Positions 1 through 11,328 of a stretch of DNA of 64,000 nucleotides are shown in pieces. Position numbers and translations under genes: made by a program. Numbering within the stretch: position 1 is the stretch's first letter; every line of letters begins with the position of its first letter. Under the pieces are notes generated by a model that was not told the origin of the DNA, made no database searches, and saw only the letters and a list, made by a program, of their open reading frames with translations. Source of the stretch: an uncultured Chloroflexia bacterium (lineage in GTDB: Bacteria; Chloroflexota; Dehalococcoidia; SM23-28-2; RBG-16-64-32); contig CAVQVC010000001.1 of the NCBI GenBank assembly GCA_963717065.1, forward strand, positions 2,055,546-2,119,545, given 5' to 3'.

Positions 1-191
1 TGTTCGACGCGCATCAGCGGTGTCTTCCGGACTTTGCCGCTCTTGGCGCCTCGCGTCGTCACGATGATGATGGGGAGGCCGGTCTGCATCAGTGTGTTGG
101 CCTCGCGCCCACCGGTGCGCTCGTAGGTCTCGACCTGGTCGCGGACCCAGCCGACGGGGCTGGGCTCGTATTCGCCTTCTATTGGTGCCAT
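1..191 (-). CDS. F420-dependent (deazaflavin-dependent) nitroreductase, DDN family; 3' end runs off the window
   Basis: Manual translation from ATG at 191: MAPIEGEYEPSPVGWVRDQVETYERTGGREANTLMQTGLPIIIVTTRGAKSGKVRKTPLMRVE, the typical DDN-family N-terminus (TTxGAKSGKxRKTPLMRVE). Confidence 0.85.
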   Translation of the reverse strand, partial: MAPIEGEYEPSPVGWVRDQVETYERTGGREANTLMQTGLPIIIVTTRGAKSGKVRKTPLMRVE

Positions 192-219
192 CTGTAATCC
201 TCCGTTCGGTGTTCGAATC

Positions 220-1242
220 TTACCCCAACGCCGGCTCCACCAGTATCTTCGCGTGCGTCTCCGGGTCGCCGAGGTCTTCGAAGGCCTGGGGAACGCCCGA
301 TATACCCACCTCGCTGGTGATCAGCGGCGCAACGTCGATTTCGCCCGAGGCGATGTAATCCAGGGTCTGGCGGAACTCCATCGGGTCGTAGCCGAGGACA
401 AAGTGGAGCGAGATCTCCTTGGAGACGGCAATCAGAGGGCGGATCATGTCCGGCTCCATGCAGACGCCGGCCACGATCATGCGGGCGTTCCGCGGCGCCC
501 AGAGCATGATCTCGTCGAGCATGCCCTTGACGCCGATCGCCTCGAAGATGACGGGAGTGCGAGCGCCGGCGGCCTGCGTCCAAACGTCTATGGCGGCGGT
601 TTCTCGGGGGTCCGTGACTGTGGTGGCGCCCATGTGGGTGGCCAGCTTCCGGCGCGCCGGCGAGAAATCGGCGGCGATGATCGGCTGCACTCCCTTCAAG
701 CGGAGGCCGGCGATGGTCGCTAGGCCGATGGGGCCGCATCCGAGGACGATCGCTCCTTCCCCGGGTTGCACCTTCGCCTTGTTAGCGGCGTGGACGCCAA
801 CGGCCATCGGCTCGGTGAGAGCGGCGTGGCGGGGGTCGAGGCCGTCGGGGATCTTTACGCAGAGGGCGGGTGAGAGGACCATGCGCTCGGCGTAGCCGCC
901 CGGGTAGACGGGTGAATAGCCGACCTGGGACGGGCCCTCCGGGGTCATGACGAGCGGGATGGAGACGACGGTGTCGCCCACTTCAAGACCGGCGGCGCCG
1001 GGACCGAGTTCAATGACCCGGGCGGAGAACTCGTGGCCCATCACCACATCGCCGTCGAGGTCAGCGGGGTAGCCAGCGGCGATGGCGGTGTCGCGCATCA
1101 GGTCGGCGTATTTCAGGGCGTGGAGATCGGAGCCGCAGATGCCGCAGGCGATGACCTCGACGAGGACGTTGCCGGGGCCGGGGACGGGATCGGGGACTTC
1201 TGTGACGACCAGTTTACGGTCGCGCATTACGGTGGCGCGCAT
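220..1242 (-). CDS. Zinc-binding alcohol dehydrogenase (MDR family)
   Basis: CGICGSDLH, GHEF and GCGPIG motifs; start MRATVMRD follows an AG-rich RBS (AGAAAGGGA). Confidence 0.9.
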   Translation of the reverse strand: MRATVMRDRKLVVTEVPDPVPGPGNVLVEVIACGICGSDLHALKYADLMRDTAIAAGYPADLDGDVVMGHEFSARVIELGPGAAGLEVGDTVVSIPLVMTPEGPSQVGYSPVYPGGYAERMVLSPALCVKIPDGLDPRHAALTEPMAVGVHAANKAKVQPGEGAIVLGCGPIGLATIAGLRLKGVQPIIAADFSPARRKLATHMGATTVTDPRETAAIDVWTQAAGARTPVIFEAIGVKGMLDEIMLWAPRNARMIVAGVCMEPDMIRPLIAVSKEISLHFVLGYDPMEFRQTLDYIASGEIDVAPLITSEVGISGVPQAFEDLGDPETHAKILVEPALG

Positions 1243-1379
1243 GTTATTCCCTTTCTTCTCTCTTGGTGCTCCGATTCTATACCAGGGGGGCCTGCGCTCA
1301 CGATCGGGGGCGGAACATGCGGCTCGACGAGAGCGCGATTCAGCGCGCGATTCATAAGTACCGAGCTGCTGGTCAATGG

Positions 1380-2189
1380 TCAATCGACCATGTGGTGGCC
1401 GCCGTTGACGCTGAGCACCTGCCCGGTCACCCACTCGGCCCAATCGGATGCGAGGAAGAGGACGGCGCCCCCGACATCGGCCGGAGTGCCCAGGCGGCCC
1501 AGCCCGGCGGCGAGCGGGTATTCGGACATTACCTGGGCGCGGGCCCGCGACAGCCAGGCCTCAGAGGATTCGGTTTCGGTCGCGCCGGGCGATACGCAGT
1601 TCACCGTGATGCGGTGCTGCGCCACTTCCTGAGCCAGTGCCTTGCTGAAGCCGACAACGCCCGCCTTGGCCATCGAATACAGACTGGCCCGCCGTGTGCC
1701 CACACGGCCAGAGTCGGAGCTGATGTTTACGATGCGCCCGCGTTTTCGCTCGATCATCCCGGGAAGGATCGCATGTGTGCAGTTGAGGGTGCCGTGGAGG
1801 ATGACGTCCACGACGGTGCGCCAGGTGGCGGGGTCGGTGTCGAGGAACGCCTGGAAGAACGATGAGCCGTCGCCCCCGCGAGCGGCGGGAAGCCCGGCGT
1901 TGTTGACGAGGATCTCGACCGGGCCGAGGTCGCGCTCAGCGTCTGCAACCATCCTTGCCGCCGCTCCGGGGTCAGTAACGTCGCCCGGCGCGGCCATCGC
2001 CCGACTACCTGATTCGCTGAGTCGCGCGACGAGCGATTCCGCCCGCTCCGCGAAGATGTCGTTGACGGCCACCAACGCGCCGTGGGCAGCGAGAACTTCG
2101 CAGATGCCGGCGCCGATACCGCGCCCGGCGCCCGTGACGAGAGCGACGCGGCCCGCTATCCCTGGCACCGCCGCTCCGGGGCCGCTCAC
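1380..2189 (-). CDS. Short-chain dehydrogenase/reductase (FabG-like)
   Basis: TGAGRGIG, NNAG and YSMAK motifs; GTG start overlaps the upstream TGA (GTGA at 2186-2189). Confidence 0.88.
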   Translation of the reverse strand: MSGPGAAVPGIAGRVALVTGAGRGIGAGICEVLAAHGALVAVNDIFAERAESLVARLSESGSRAMAAPGDVTDPGAAARMVADAERDLGPVEILVNNAGLPAARGGDGSSFFQAFLDTDPATWRTVVDVILHGTLNCTHAILPGMIERKRGRIVNISSDSGRVGTRRASLYSMAKAGVVGFSKALAQEVAQHRITVNCVSPGATETESSEAWLSRARAQVMSEYPLAAGLGRLGTPADVGGAVLFLASDWAEWVTGQVLSVNGGHHMVD

Positions 2190-3706
2190 GCCCCGGCGGT
2201 CACCGGGAAACGCTCCGCTATCACGCCCGTTGCCAGTTGGGCGGACTCCGCGGCGGCGCTGCCTCCGGCGTAGCCTTTCAAGCTCTCGCACCCGTCGCCG
2301 ACGAGGAACAGGTTGGGGACAGGCGTCTCGACACTGACACCCAGCCCCGTCCAGGTGTGGTTGCCTGGATATTCGCGGTCGAAGCAGATCGCGCGGAGGC
2401 GGCTGTGCTCGCGCCATCCCGGGGTGATGTCATCGAGATCCAGCTCCGCCTCGGCTATCCAGTCTGCCGGGTCCGGGTGGATATCGGGGTCAGGAACCAC
2501 AAACGGGTAGGCCTCAGTGATATGCACGCCCTCGGGCGACCAGCCCGCTATCGCGGTCGCGTCGAAGAGCGTGCAGATGCGACGGGTACCGATCATGTAG
2601 GCAAAGCCCGCGTATCCTTCGCCCAGGAGCCCCTGGGAGCCCACTATGTGGAATGACGGGGCGTACATCGGCTTGATGCGGTCCTCAACATGAGCAAGGT
2701 AGGTGTGTTCGAAGGCGGAGGTACCGACCATCTCGATTGTCTGTAGCGGGCCGGCGTTGCTGACCACCACCTTCGCGGGCACGACTATCGTTCCGTCAGG
2801 GCGCGAGACTTCGACTGCCGTGACCCGTCCATCTTCCATGACGATGCGTTCGGTCTTGCTGCGGTGCCAGACCTCGCCTCCGTTGCGGACGACCGTCTTG
2901 GCAAGCTGCTGCATCAGTCGGATGCCGCCGTTCTGTGCCAGTCCGACGCCCTTTCCCGACGTGAGCGCCAGCAACGCGAAGAAGTTCTTCGCCGGTACGT
3001 CCTCAGGACCGAAGGCGGTGGCCACGATCGCCTGGAAAATACCCTTGATGCCAGTGTTGTCCGATAGCGGCAGCAGCCAGTCCAGCATCGAGCCGTCCGG
3101 GTACTGCTGCGACTGAAGAATCTCCCGAAGCGAACCCAGCACGCGGGCGACAGCTTCCTCATCCTCGGAGACAAGATTGAGTGCGCGACGGAACTGCCCG
3201 CCGCCTTCGCCAGGATCGATCCATCCTTTGCCTTTGACCCAGTACTTGAAGCGGTTCGGCGAGACGACGTCAAATTCGGCGCCGACCTCCTGGAAGACCT
3301 CCTCCACGGGCCCTCCAACCTGGATGAGCGACCCGCCGTTGGCGTAGACGATGTTGCCGTGCTTAAGCGATCCGTAGCGCCCGCCTACAGAAGGCGCACG
3401 TTCCACTACGAGCGTCCTGTATCCCCTGTTCGCCAGGAGGGCGCCCGCCGACAGGCCGCCGATTCCGGCACCGATGACGACCACATCGAAGGCGCCGCCA
3501 GCTGATCGCTGCGGCCGGGGCCTGGCCGATGCACCGTCGAGAAAGGAGATTACATCAACCGGGCAGTAGTCCAGGCAGACGCCGCAATCAGTGCACTTCG
3601 CGTTGTCGACGCTAGCCTTGAGGTGGACGTCGATTGCGTCGTAGGCGCACGAGTACTCACACAGGGCGCAGCCAATGCACCCCTCTGTCTCGATCGCTAT
3701 CCCCAC
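2186..3706 (-). CDS. FAD-dependent oxidoreductase (phytoene desaturase-like) with N-terminal 2x[4Fe-4S] ferredoxin domain
   Basis: CIGCALCEYSC and CTDCGVCLDYCP, followed by VVIGAGIGGL, GGR and a C-terminal NLFLVGD. Confidence 0.85.
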   Translation of the reverse strand: MGIAIETEGCIGCALCEYSCAYDAIDVHLKASVDNAKCTDCGVCLDYCPVDVISFLDGASARPRPQRSAGGAFDVVVIGAGIGGLSAGALLANRGYRTLVVERAPSVGGRYGSLKHGNIVYANGGSLIQVGGPVEEVFQEVGAEFDVVSPNRFKYWVKGKGWIDPGEGGGQFRRALNLVSEDEEAVARVLGSLREILQSQQYPDGSMLDWLLPLSDNTGIKGIFQAIVATAFGPEDVPAKNFFALLALTSGKGVGLAQNGGIRLMQQLAKTVVRNGGEVWHRSKTERIVMEDGRVTAVEVSRPDGTIVVPAKVVVSNAGPLQTIEMVGTSAFEHTYLAHVEDRIKPMYAPSFHIVGSQGLLGEGYAGFAYMIGTRRICTLFDATAIAGWSPEGVHITEAYPFVVPDPDIHPDPADWIAEAELDLDDITPGWREHSRLRAICFDREYPGNHTWTGLGVSVETPVPNLFLVGDGCESLKGYAGGSAAAESAQLATGVIAERFPVTAGA

Positions 3707-3717
3707 TACGGCCCTTT

Positions 3718-4521
3718 CTACGAGCGCTCGTCGAATATCCCCAGCGCGCTCCACTGGCGGATGTCCATTATAGTCGCGATACGGCCCGTAAACGGCAACT
3801 GCCTCCCGGCCAGCCAGAGCAGAGCCTCAGCGGCCACTTCCGGCGGTTCGGCGACAGAGTAGTCAATATCGGTGTTCGCTTCGACCGCGCCTTCGGCGGC
3901 GATCAGCAACTCTACCCTCAGGCAGTTGACGGTGATCCCGTTGGGTTGGAGCTCGAGAGCGAGTCCTTCGGTCAGCTTCTCGACTGCCGTCTTGGCGACC
4001 GTGTACGAGAGCGTGCCGAGAATCGCGTCGACCTCCGCCATCGCCGCGGACGGGGCGGCGGCGCCGGACGAGACGTTGATGATGGTGCCCGAGCCTTGCT
4101 CCATTATCTTCGGAAGAAATGCCTTCGTGCAGAGGACGGTGCCACGCAGATTGATGCCGAGCATCAGGTCCCAGCGTTTGATTGGAAGGTCTGCAAAGGC
4201 CGACCTGTACAGGTAGCCGGCATTGTTCACCAGGATATCGGCGCGCCCGTATTTCTCGATCGTGCGACGGGCAAGCTCGTCCACCTGACTATCTTGCATC
4301 AAGTCGCAGGGCACGGCGATGGCCTCACCGCCTGCGCCGCGAATCGCCCGCACCGTCTCGTCGATCGTGCCTGGGGCGGCGGCGCCGGAAGCCTCTGTGC
4401 TACGCGCCGCGCAGACTACGCGGGCACCGTGGCGGGCGAGGATGATCGCCGTCGCCGCGCCGATGCCGCGTGAAGCGCCCGTGATGACGGCGACCTTACC
4501 GGCAAGCTCACTCGCGCAAAT
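3718..4521 (-). CDS. Short-chain dehydrogenase/reductase; start codon unclear
   Basis: The frame is open upstream of the 4353 ORF call (ELAGKVAVITGASRGIG); NNAG and YTVAK motifs; no ATG/GTG/TTG in frame before TGA at 4525-4527. Confidence 0.8.
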   Translation of the reverse strand: MCASELAGKVAVITGASRGIGAATAIILARHGARVVCAARSTEASGAAAPGTIDETVRAIRGAGGEAIAVPCDLMQDSQVDELARRTIEKYGRADILVNNAGYLYRSAFADLPIKRWDLMLGINLRGTVLCTKAFLPKIMEQGSGTIINVSSGAAAPSAAMAEVDAILGTLSYTVAKTAVEKLTEGLALELQPNGITVNCLRVELLIAAEGAVEANTDIDYSVAEPPEVAAEALLWLAGRQLPFTGRIATIMDIRQWSALGIFDERS

Positions 4522-4621
4522 AGATCACCTGCCCGGCCACGAGCGCCCCCCGGCGTCATCCATGCGCTTGATGGAACAGTCGCGCTTACTTCGGTCAGCG
4601 AGCAATACCGTCATCGCGTCA

Positions 4622-5431
4622 CTAATCCCGCCAGGCGATGGTCTCGCAGAACGTTGCCGCGTTGAAAGCGTCGGGACGTTCCGCCCAGGCGTCCAGTTCT
4701 GCCGGGATGGCGTCGACCGTTGACTGGTCGATCCAGCCCTGAGCTAGGGCCGTCTTACCCATGCTGACAAGCTGTGCCTTGAAAAAGGTGGCAATCTCGC
4801 GGCATTGCTCCGCCGTACCCTGCACCCTGACGGACGCGCTTGCCTCGGTGCGGGCGAACCCCGCTCCCAGCAGCAGCCGCCGGTGGCTCCGCCCCCGGTA
4901 TGGGTCGCCTCCGTTGTGTTGCAAGACTCGCGGCATCAGCGCCATATATTGCTCAAGAATTGGGGTCAGCGGATAACGAATCGTGCTGCCCATATCTGGG
5001 TCGCGCACGCCGATAACACCTCCCGGACGAAGCACGCGGTGGACCTCCGCAAGTGCGCGAACCGGATCGGCCAGGTGCATCAAGATCACGTGGGCGAATG
5101 CCGCATCGAACGAGTTCTCGGAAAACGGTAGCTTGTATGCATCAGCGACCTCGAAGGTCGCGTTGGTGACTCCGCGCTCCTCCGCGAGTGCCCGCGCCCT
5201 CTCGACCTGTGTGGCCTGCGCGTCGATTCCAACCACTTCGCCGGGCGCAACCGCCTCGGCGAGACCAAGAGTGATGCTGCCCGGACCGCATCCAAGGTCA
5301 AGAAGGCGCATACCGGGGCGCAGGTGAGGCAGGAAGAATGCACCTTCGTTGGTGGCCGAGCGCCGGGCCAGTTCGGCTTCGAATGCCGCATTACCGCGTT
5401 GGGTGTACGTAGAAGGCTCCGGTTCAGCCAT
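4622..5431 (-). CDS. Class I SAM-dependent methyltransferase (UbiE/COQ5-like)
   Basis: LLDLGCGPGSIT motif I, LPFSENSFD, RVLRPGG. Confidence 0.9.
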   Translation of the reverse strand: MAEPEPSTYTQRGNAAFEAELARRSATNEGAFFLPHLRPGMRLLDLGCGPGSITLGLAEAVAPGEVVGIDAQATQVERARALAEERGVTNATFEVADAYKLPFSENSFDAAFAHVILMHLADPVRALAEVHRVLRPGGVIGVRDPDMGSTIRYPLTPILEQYMALMPRVLQHNGGDPYRGRSHRRLLLGAGFARTEASASVRVQGTAEQCREIATFFKAQLVSMGKTALAQGWIDQSTVDAIPAELDAWAERPDAFNAATFCETIAWRD

Positions 5432-5503
5432 GGGGACGATTGTACACGATGACTCGGCCGCCGCGGCGCTGCTCCCGATTCGAGAGTCGTAACTCCGAAC
5501 ACC

Positions 5504-6302
5504 TCAACGCGTCCAGAAGGCGAGCGGGTCGCCCCCTGGCTTAAAGCCAGCGAGAGCGGCGACATCCTGCGCCCGCACGAACCCGGCCGCGACGATGGCC
5601 CGGGGTGTGCGCGTCGCTGCCGAAGCACACGGCACGGCCACCTTCTTCACGCCACCAACTCAGTACAGCAGGCCCAGGGCACAGGTATCGCACAGGGTCC
5701 CGCCCGCGCGTTGTGTTTATTTCCACTGCGACGCCGCGGCTGGCGGCGGCGCGCAGGAGCTCCCGGATCTCTCCCTCGAACAACGCTTCGTCGTATGCCG
5801 GGTCTTCCGGCCAGTAGCGCTTCGGGTAGTCCAGGTGAGCGAGAGCGTCGAACGGTATGTCACCCTCGATTAGCGAACGCACTTCGCGGAGGTACAGAGA
5901 AAACATCTCCGCAACTGCCGAGGGGTCCAGGAAGCCGGGCTCTGCGGCGTCCGCCGTGCGGCCCTGCCATTCGATGCAATGCACACTGGCGAGGACGCGG
6001 TCGAACCCAATGGCCAGCAGGGCTCGCGCCTCTTCTGGATAGCGGTGCGGTTCACCCATCTCGACGCCGGAAAGGATGAGCAGCTCCGGATAGGACGCGC
6101 GGCAGCGCTCGAGGCACTCGAAGTAGCCCGCAGCATCGAAGACCGCCTCGGCTCCTCGAATCCAGTCCGCGTGTTCTGTGAAAGCGACCGAGGGCATCCC
6201 CAGTTCCACGGCTCTGCGGCACGTGCGGTCCATATCGCCGTGCGGAGCGTCCCACGACCACTCTGAATGGACATGGCCATCGGCTGGCGGAAGCGCATTC
6301 AT
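5504..6302 (-). CDS. PHP-domain phosphoesterase (HisJ/HisK histidinol-phosphatase family); frameshift near 5600
   Basis: DGHVHS, FTEH, AHLD and GSDAH motifs; C-terminus (AGFKPGGDPLAFWTR*) continues in another frame. Confidence 0.82.
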
Positions 6303-6364
6303 GATTGGTCGGTCGGGGGAGTGCAAAGACGGGCCGGCCAACCATTAAGAGGTGAGGTTACCCG

Positions 6365-7498
6365 TCACCATTGCACGAACATCGGCATGACGACGTGCAC
6401 GTAGTTGTCGTCGGTGCCGAGCGGGCGGAGCACGCCGGGGCTGGAGGGGCTGCTCGTCTCCAGCGCCACCTCCTCGGCGTCGAGGACCTGGAGGACGTCC
6501 TGCAGGTAGCGGCTGTTGAAGGCGATCTTCGAGGCTTCGCCCTCCACCTTCACGTCCATCTCGCCGCGGTGGTCGCCGATCTCCTCGGCGCGGGCCGATA
6601 TTATGAGTTTGCCGCGATTGTCCCCGTCCGGCTCCACCTGCAAGCGGATAATGCCGGCGCCGTCGCGGGCGAAGATGGCAGCGATGCGCGTCTCCTGGAG
6701 GAACTGTTTCATGTCCAGTGTGGTCTTGGTGGTGTAGGACTGCGGAATGAGCTGGCTGTAGTTCGGGAAGGTACCTTGAATCAGCGTCGCCACCAGCTCG
6801 GCCGACTTCAGCTTGAACAGGACCTGCGATCGCGCCGCGCTGAACGACATTGTCAGCGGTTCTTCCTCGTCGCCGATCAACCGCACGACCTCGCGCAGCG
6901 CCCGCGCAGGCACTATCACCTCCACCCGCTCCGCCACCTCCTGCCGCAAGGGCAGCTTGTGCACGGCGAGGCGGAAACCATCGGCGGCCGCTAAGGTGAG
7001 CTCCTGGCCCTCCGCAAGCGTGTGGATGCCCGTGAGGACGGGCCGCGTATCGTCCGCTGCGGCGGCGAATTCCACCTGGGTGACTGCGCGCTTGAACTGC
7101 CTTGGGTCAAGCTCGAGCGTGAGCCCGTCGTCGACTGCCGGCACCGGCGGGAAATCAGCGGCGTCCATACCGGCCACGGTGGCCTCGTTGCGGGCGCAGC
7201 TAACGTGGAGCTGGCGGCCGCGGTCGGTGACCGTAAGGTCCACTTTGTCGGAGGGCAACGAGGCGACGAAATCGGTCAGCAGGCGGGCGGGCACGGTGAC
7301 CGAGCCCTCCTCCTCCACCTGTGCGCCGATCCAGCAGGTCGTCGCAATCATCAGGTCGGTCGCCACGAGTTTCAGCCGGCCTTCGTCACTTGCGAGCAGC
7401 ACGTGCGAAGCCTGCGGTAGAGTGCTGCGGACGGGAACAGCGCGCCCGACGACGGCGAGGCCCTTCGAGAGATTCTCCTGGAGAGACGATACTTTCAT
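6365..7498 (-). CDS. dnaN: DNA polymerase III subunit beta (sliding clamp)
   Basis: MKVSSLQENL, ATDL, DFPP, RPVLTG, AADGFRLA, FPNY, IAFNSRYL and C-terminal VMPM. Confidence 0.97.
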   Translation of the reverse strand: MKVSSLQENLSKGLAVVGRAVPVRSTLPQASHVLLASDEGRLKLVATDLMIATTCWIGAQVEEEGSVTVPARLLTDFVASLPSDKVDLTVTDRGRQLHVSCARNEATVAGMDAADFPPVPAVDDGLTLELDPRQFKRAVTQVEFAAAADDTRPVLTGIHTLAEGQELTLAAADGFRLAVHKLPLRQEVAERVEVIVPARALREVVRLIGDEEEPLTMSFSAARSQVLFKLKSAELVATLIQGTFPNYSQLIPQSYTTKTTLDMKQFLQETRIAAIFARDGAGIIRLQVEPDGDNRGKLIISARAEEIGDHRGEMDVKVEGEASKIAFNSRYLQDVLQVLDAEEVALETSSPSSPGVLRPLGTDDNYVHVVMPMFVQW

Positions 7499-7589
7499 TC
7501 GGTTCACCTACATAAACAATTACGCATTAGGGCGGAGACCGACGGTAGTATAACCGAATGACGGAGGAAGATGGAAGAAGGACGCGGAA

Positions 7590-7618
7590 CAGGGGCACGG
7601 CTGACAGCCGTGCCCCTG
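7590..7618. terminator. GC-rich hairpin, likely terminator of the upstream membrane-protein gene
   Basis: caggggcacggct-gac-agccgtgcccctg inverted repeat about 20 nt downstream of the 7640 stop; lacks a strong U-tract. Confidence 0.55.
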
Positions 7619-7639
7619 TGAGATGACCTCGTGTTCACG

Positions 7640-8332
7640 TCAGACGGCGCTTCGCTCCCGGGACACTGGTTCCTGCTTCATCAGCAGCATGTTGACTGAA
7701 GTGAGAAGGATGAAGAGGAGCGTTAACGGCTGGCCGATGAAGCCGAGGATCGCAAGAACGCCTTCCTCGTCTCCGTCGATCGGCCAGGCTGCGCCAATTA
7801 TTAGGAGCAGAGCTGCGAGAAGTCCGACAACCGGTAGCCAGCGCCATAACACACCGGTGCGCAGGATCACTATTGAGGCCGCTAAGACGAAGAGCGCCAT
7901 CGCGTAGGTCCAGAGATTGAACGCATAGGCGTCGAGCTCCATCAAAGTCCGAATAGCCGAGTCGTCAACCTCAGGATTCTCCGCGGCGCCGTTGGCGAGG
8001 GCGCCCCAGAAAAAGCTGGCCGCCCCACCGAACGCCACCATGAGCACGCCCCCGATGACTGCCAGCCATGACCAGATCGGCGGCCAGCCCTCCCCGGAGC
8101 CCAACACCCATCGCAGGGTAACTAAGTAAGGGAGAAAGAAGAAGATGAAGGCTATGGCACCCAGGTAATCGCTTACCAGGTACATGTCGCCGTCATCGGT
8201 GAAGTACTGACGGATCTCCTCAATAGAATCGTCCCGGCTTGGCGTTTCCCCCGAGATAAGTAGGCCGACGAAGAACAAGATGGCAAAAACGATGCCAAAT
8301 GCCCCGCCCACGCGCCACCATTGTTGCAGCAC
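7640..8332 (-). CDS. Integral membrane protein (DUF4386-like), about 6 TM helices
   Basis: Multiple hydrophobic segments in the 230-aa ORF. Confidence 0.7.
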   Translation of the reverse strand: MLQQWWRVGGAFGIVFAILFFVGLLISGETPSRDDSIEEIRQYFTDDGDMYLVSDYLGAIAFIFFFLPYLVTLRWVLGSGEGWPPIWSWLAVIGGVLMVAFGGAASFFWGALANGAAENPEVDDSAIRTLMELDAYAFNLWTYAMALFVLAASIVILRTGVLWRWLPVVGLLAALLLIIGAAWPIDGDEEGVLAILGFIGQPLTLLFILLTSVNMLLMKQEPVSRERSAV

Positions 8333-8401
8333 GATCTCCCTCCAATCGATGGAATAGAATTTATCGATTGGTAGGAACGCCAGCGGAGGAGCTCGGTTAA
8401 C

Positions 8402-10704
<2,303 letters not shown>

Positions 10705-10771
10705 GAGGTTACCTCACTTGAACCGCGATGACGTAGGGGCGTGCCGATTACTGCATGTGCTTCGTGCCACG

Positions 10772-11328
10772 CTAAAAGCCCTCGCTTACCGACAGCTTGC
10801 AGACGTACAGCTCCGGCGGGTACGCGCCCAGGTCCGATTCCTCAGTGAACGAGATCGGGGCGATGCGGCGCGCGAGGGAGGAGATAAGCTCGGACCACTG
10901 GTCAGCGCCTGGGCGGGGGTACACGAACAGCAGCACGCCCACGCTCCCCGTCGGGGACGCGGAGCAGCTTGACGATGTCGTCGGTGAAGGTGCTCGCCCC
11001 GGGCGAACATCGCGGTGTCGGCGAGGGGTCCGGCGCGGGCAGGATCGGAGATCGCCTTGACCTCGAGCCAGAGCGACCGAATCCGCCGTCTCGATGCGGA
11101 AGTCGACAGCGCTGGCGGTTGTCCTCGGTGATCGGGACGTTCGGCGCGCCAGCCGTCGATGCTGCCCGCCTTCAGCAGCGAGTCGAGCAGGTAGACCAGC
11201 TCGCCCTTGAACCAGCCGCCGGCGTCGGGCCCGGCGCGGCCGAGGAGCGCGGCACGCTTGAGCGCCTCGGGCGCCAGGAAGTGGCGGTCGATTTCGGCGT
11301 AGAGGGTGGTATAGGGGGTGCTAGGCAT
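10772..11328 (-). CDS. Hypothetical protein with a PD-(D/E)XK-like motif; frameshifted
   Basis: Stitched frames give ...GWFKGEL...DFRIE...LWLEVK...DIVKL...VLLFVYP...CKLSVSEGF*; start overlaps the hemD stop. Confidence 0.55.

Noticed and set aside
6365-7560. dnaN as a marker of oriC
   Set aside because: No dnaA, recF or gyrB is adjacent, and I see no cluster of TTATCCACA boxes or AT-rich unwinding element.
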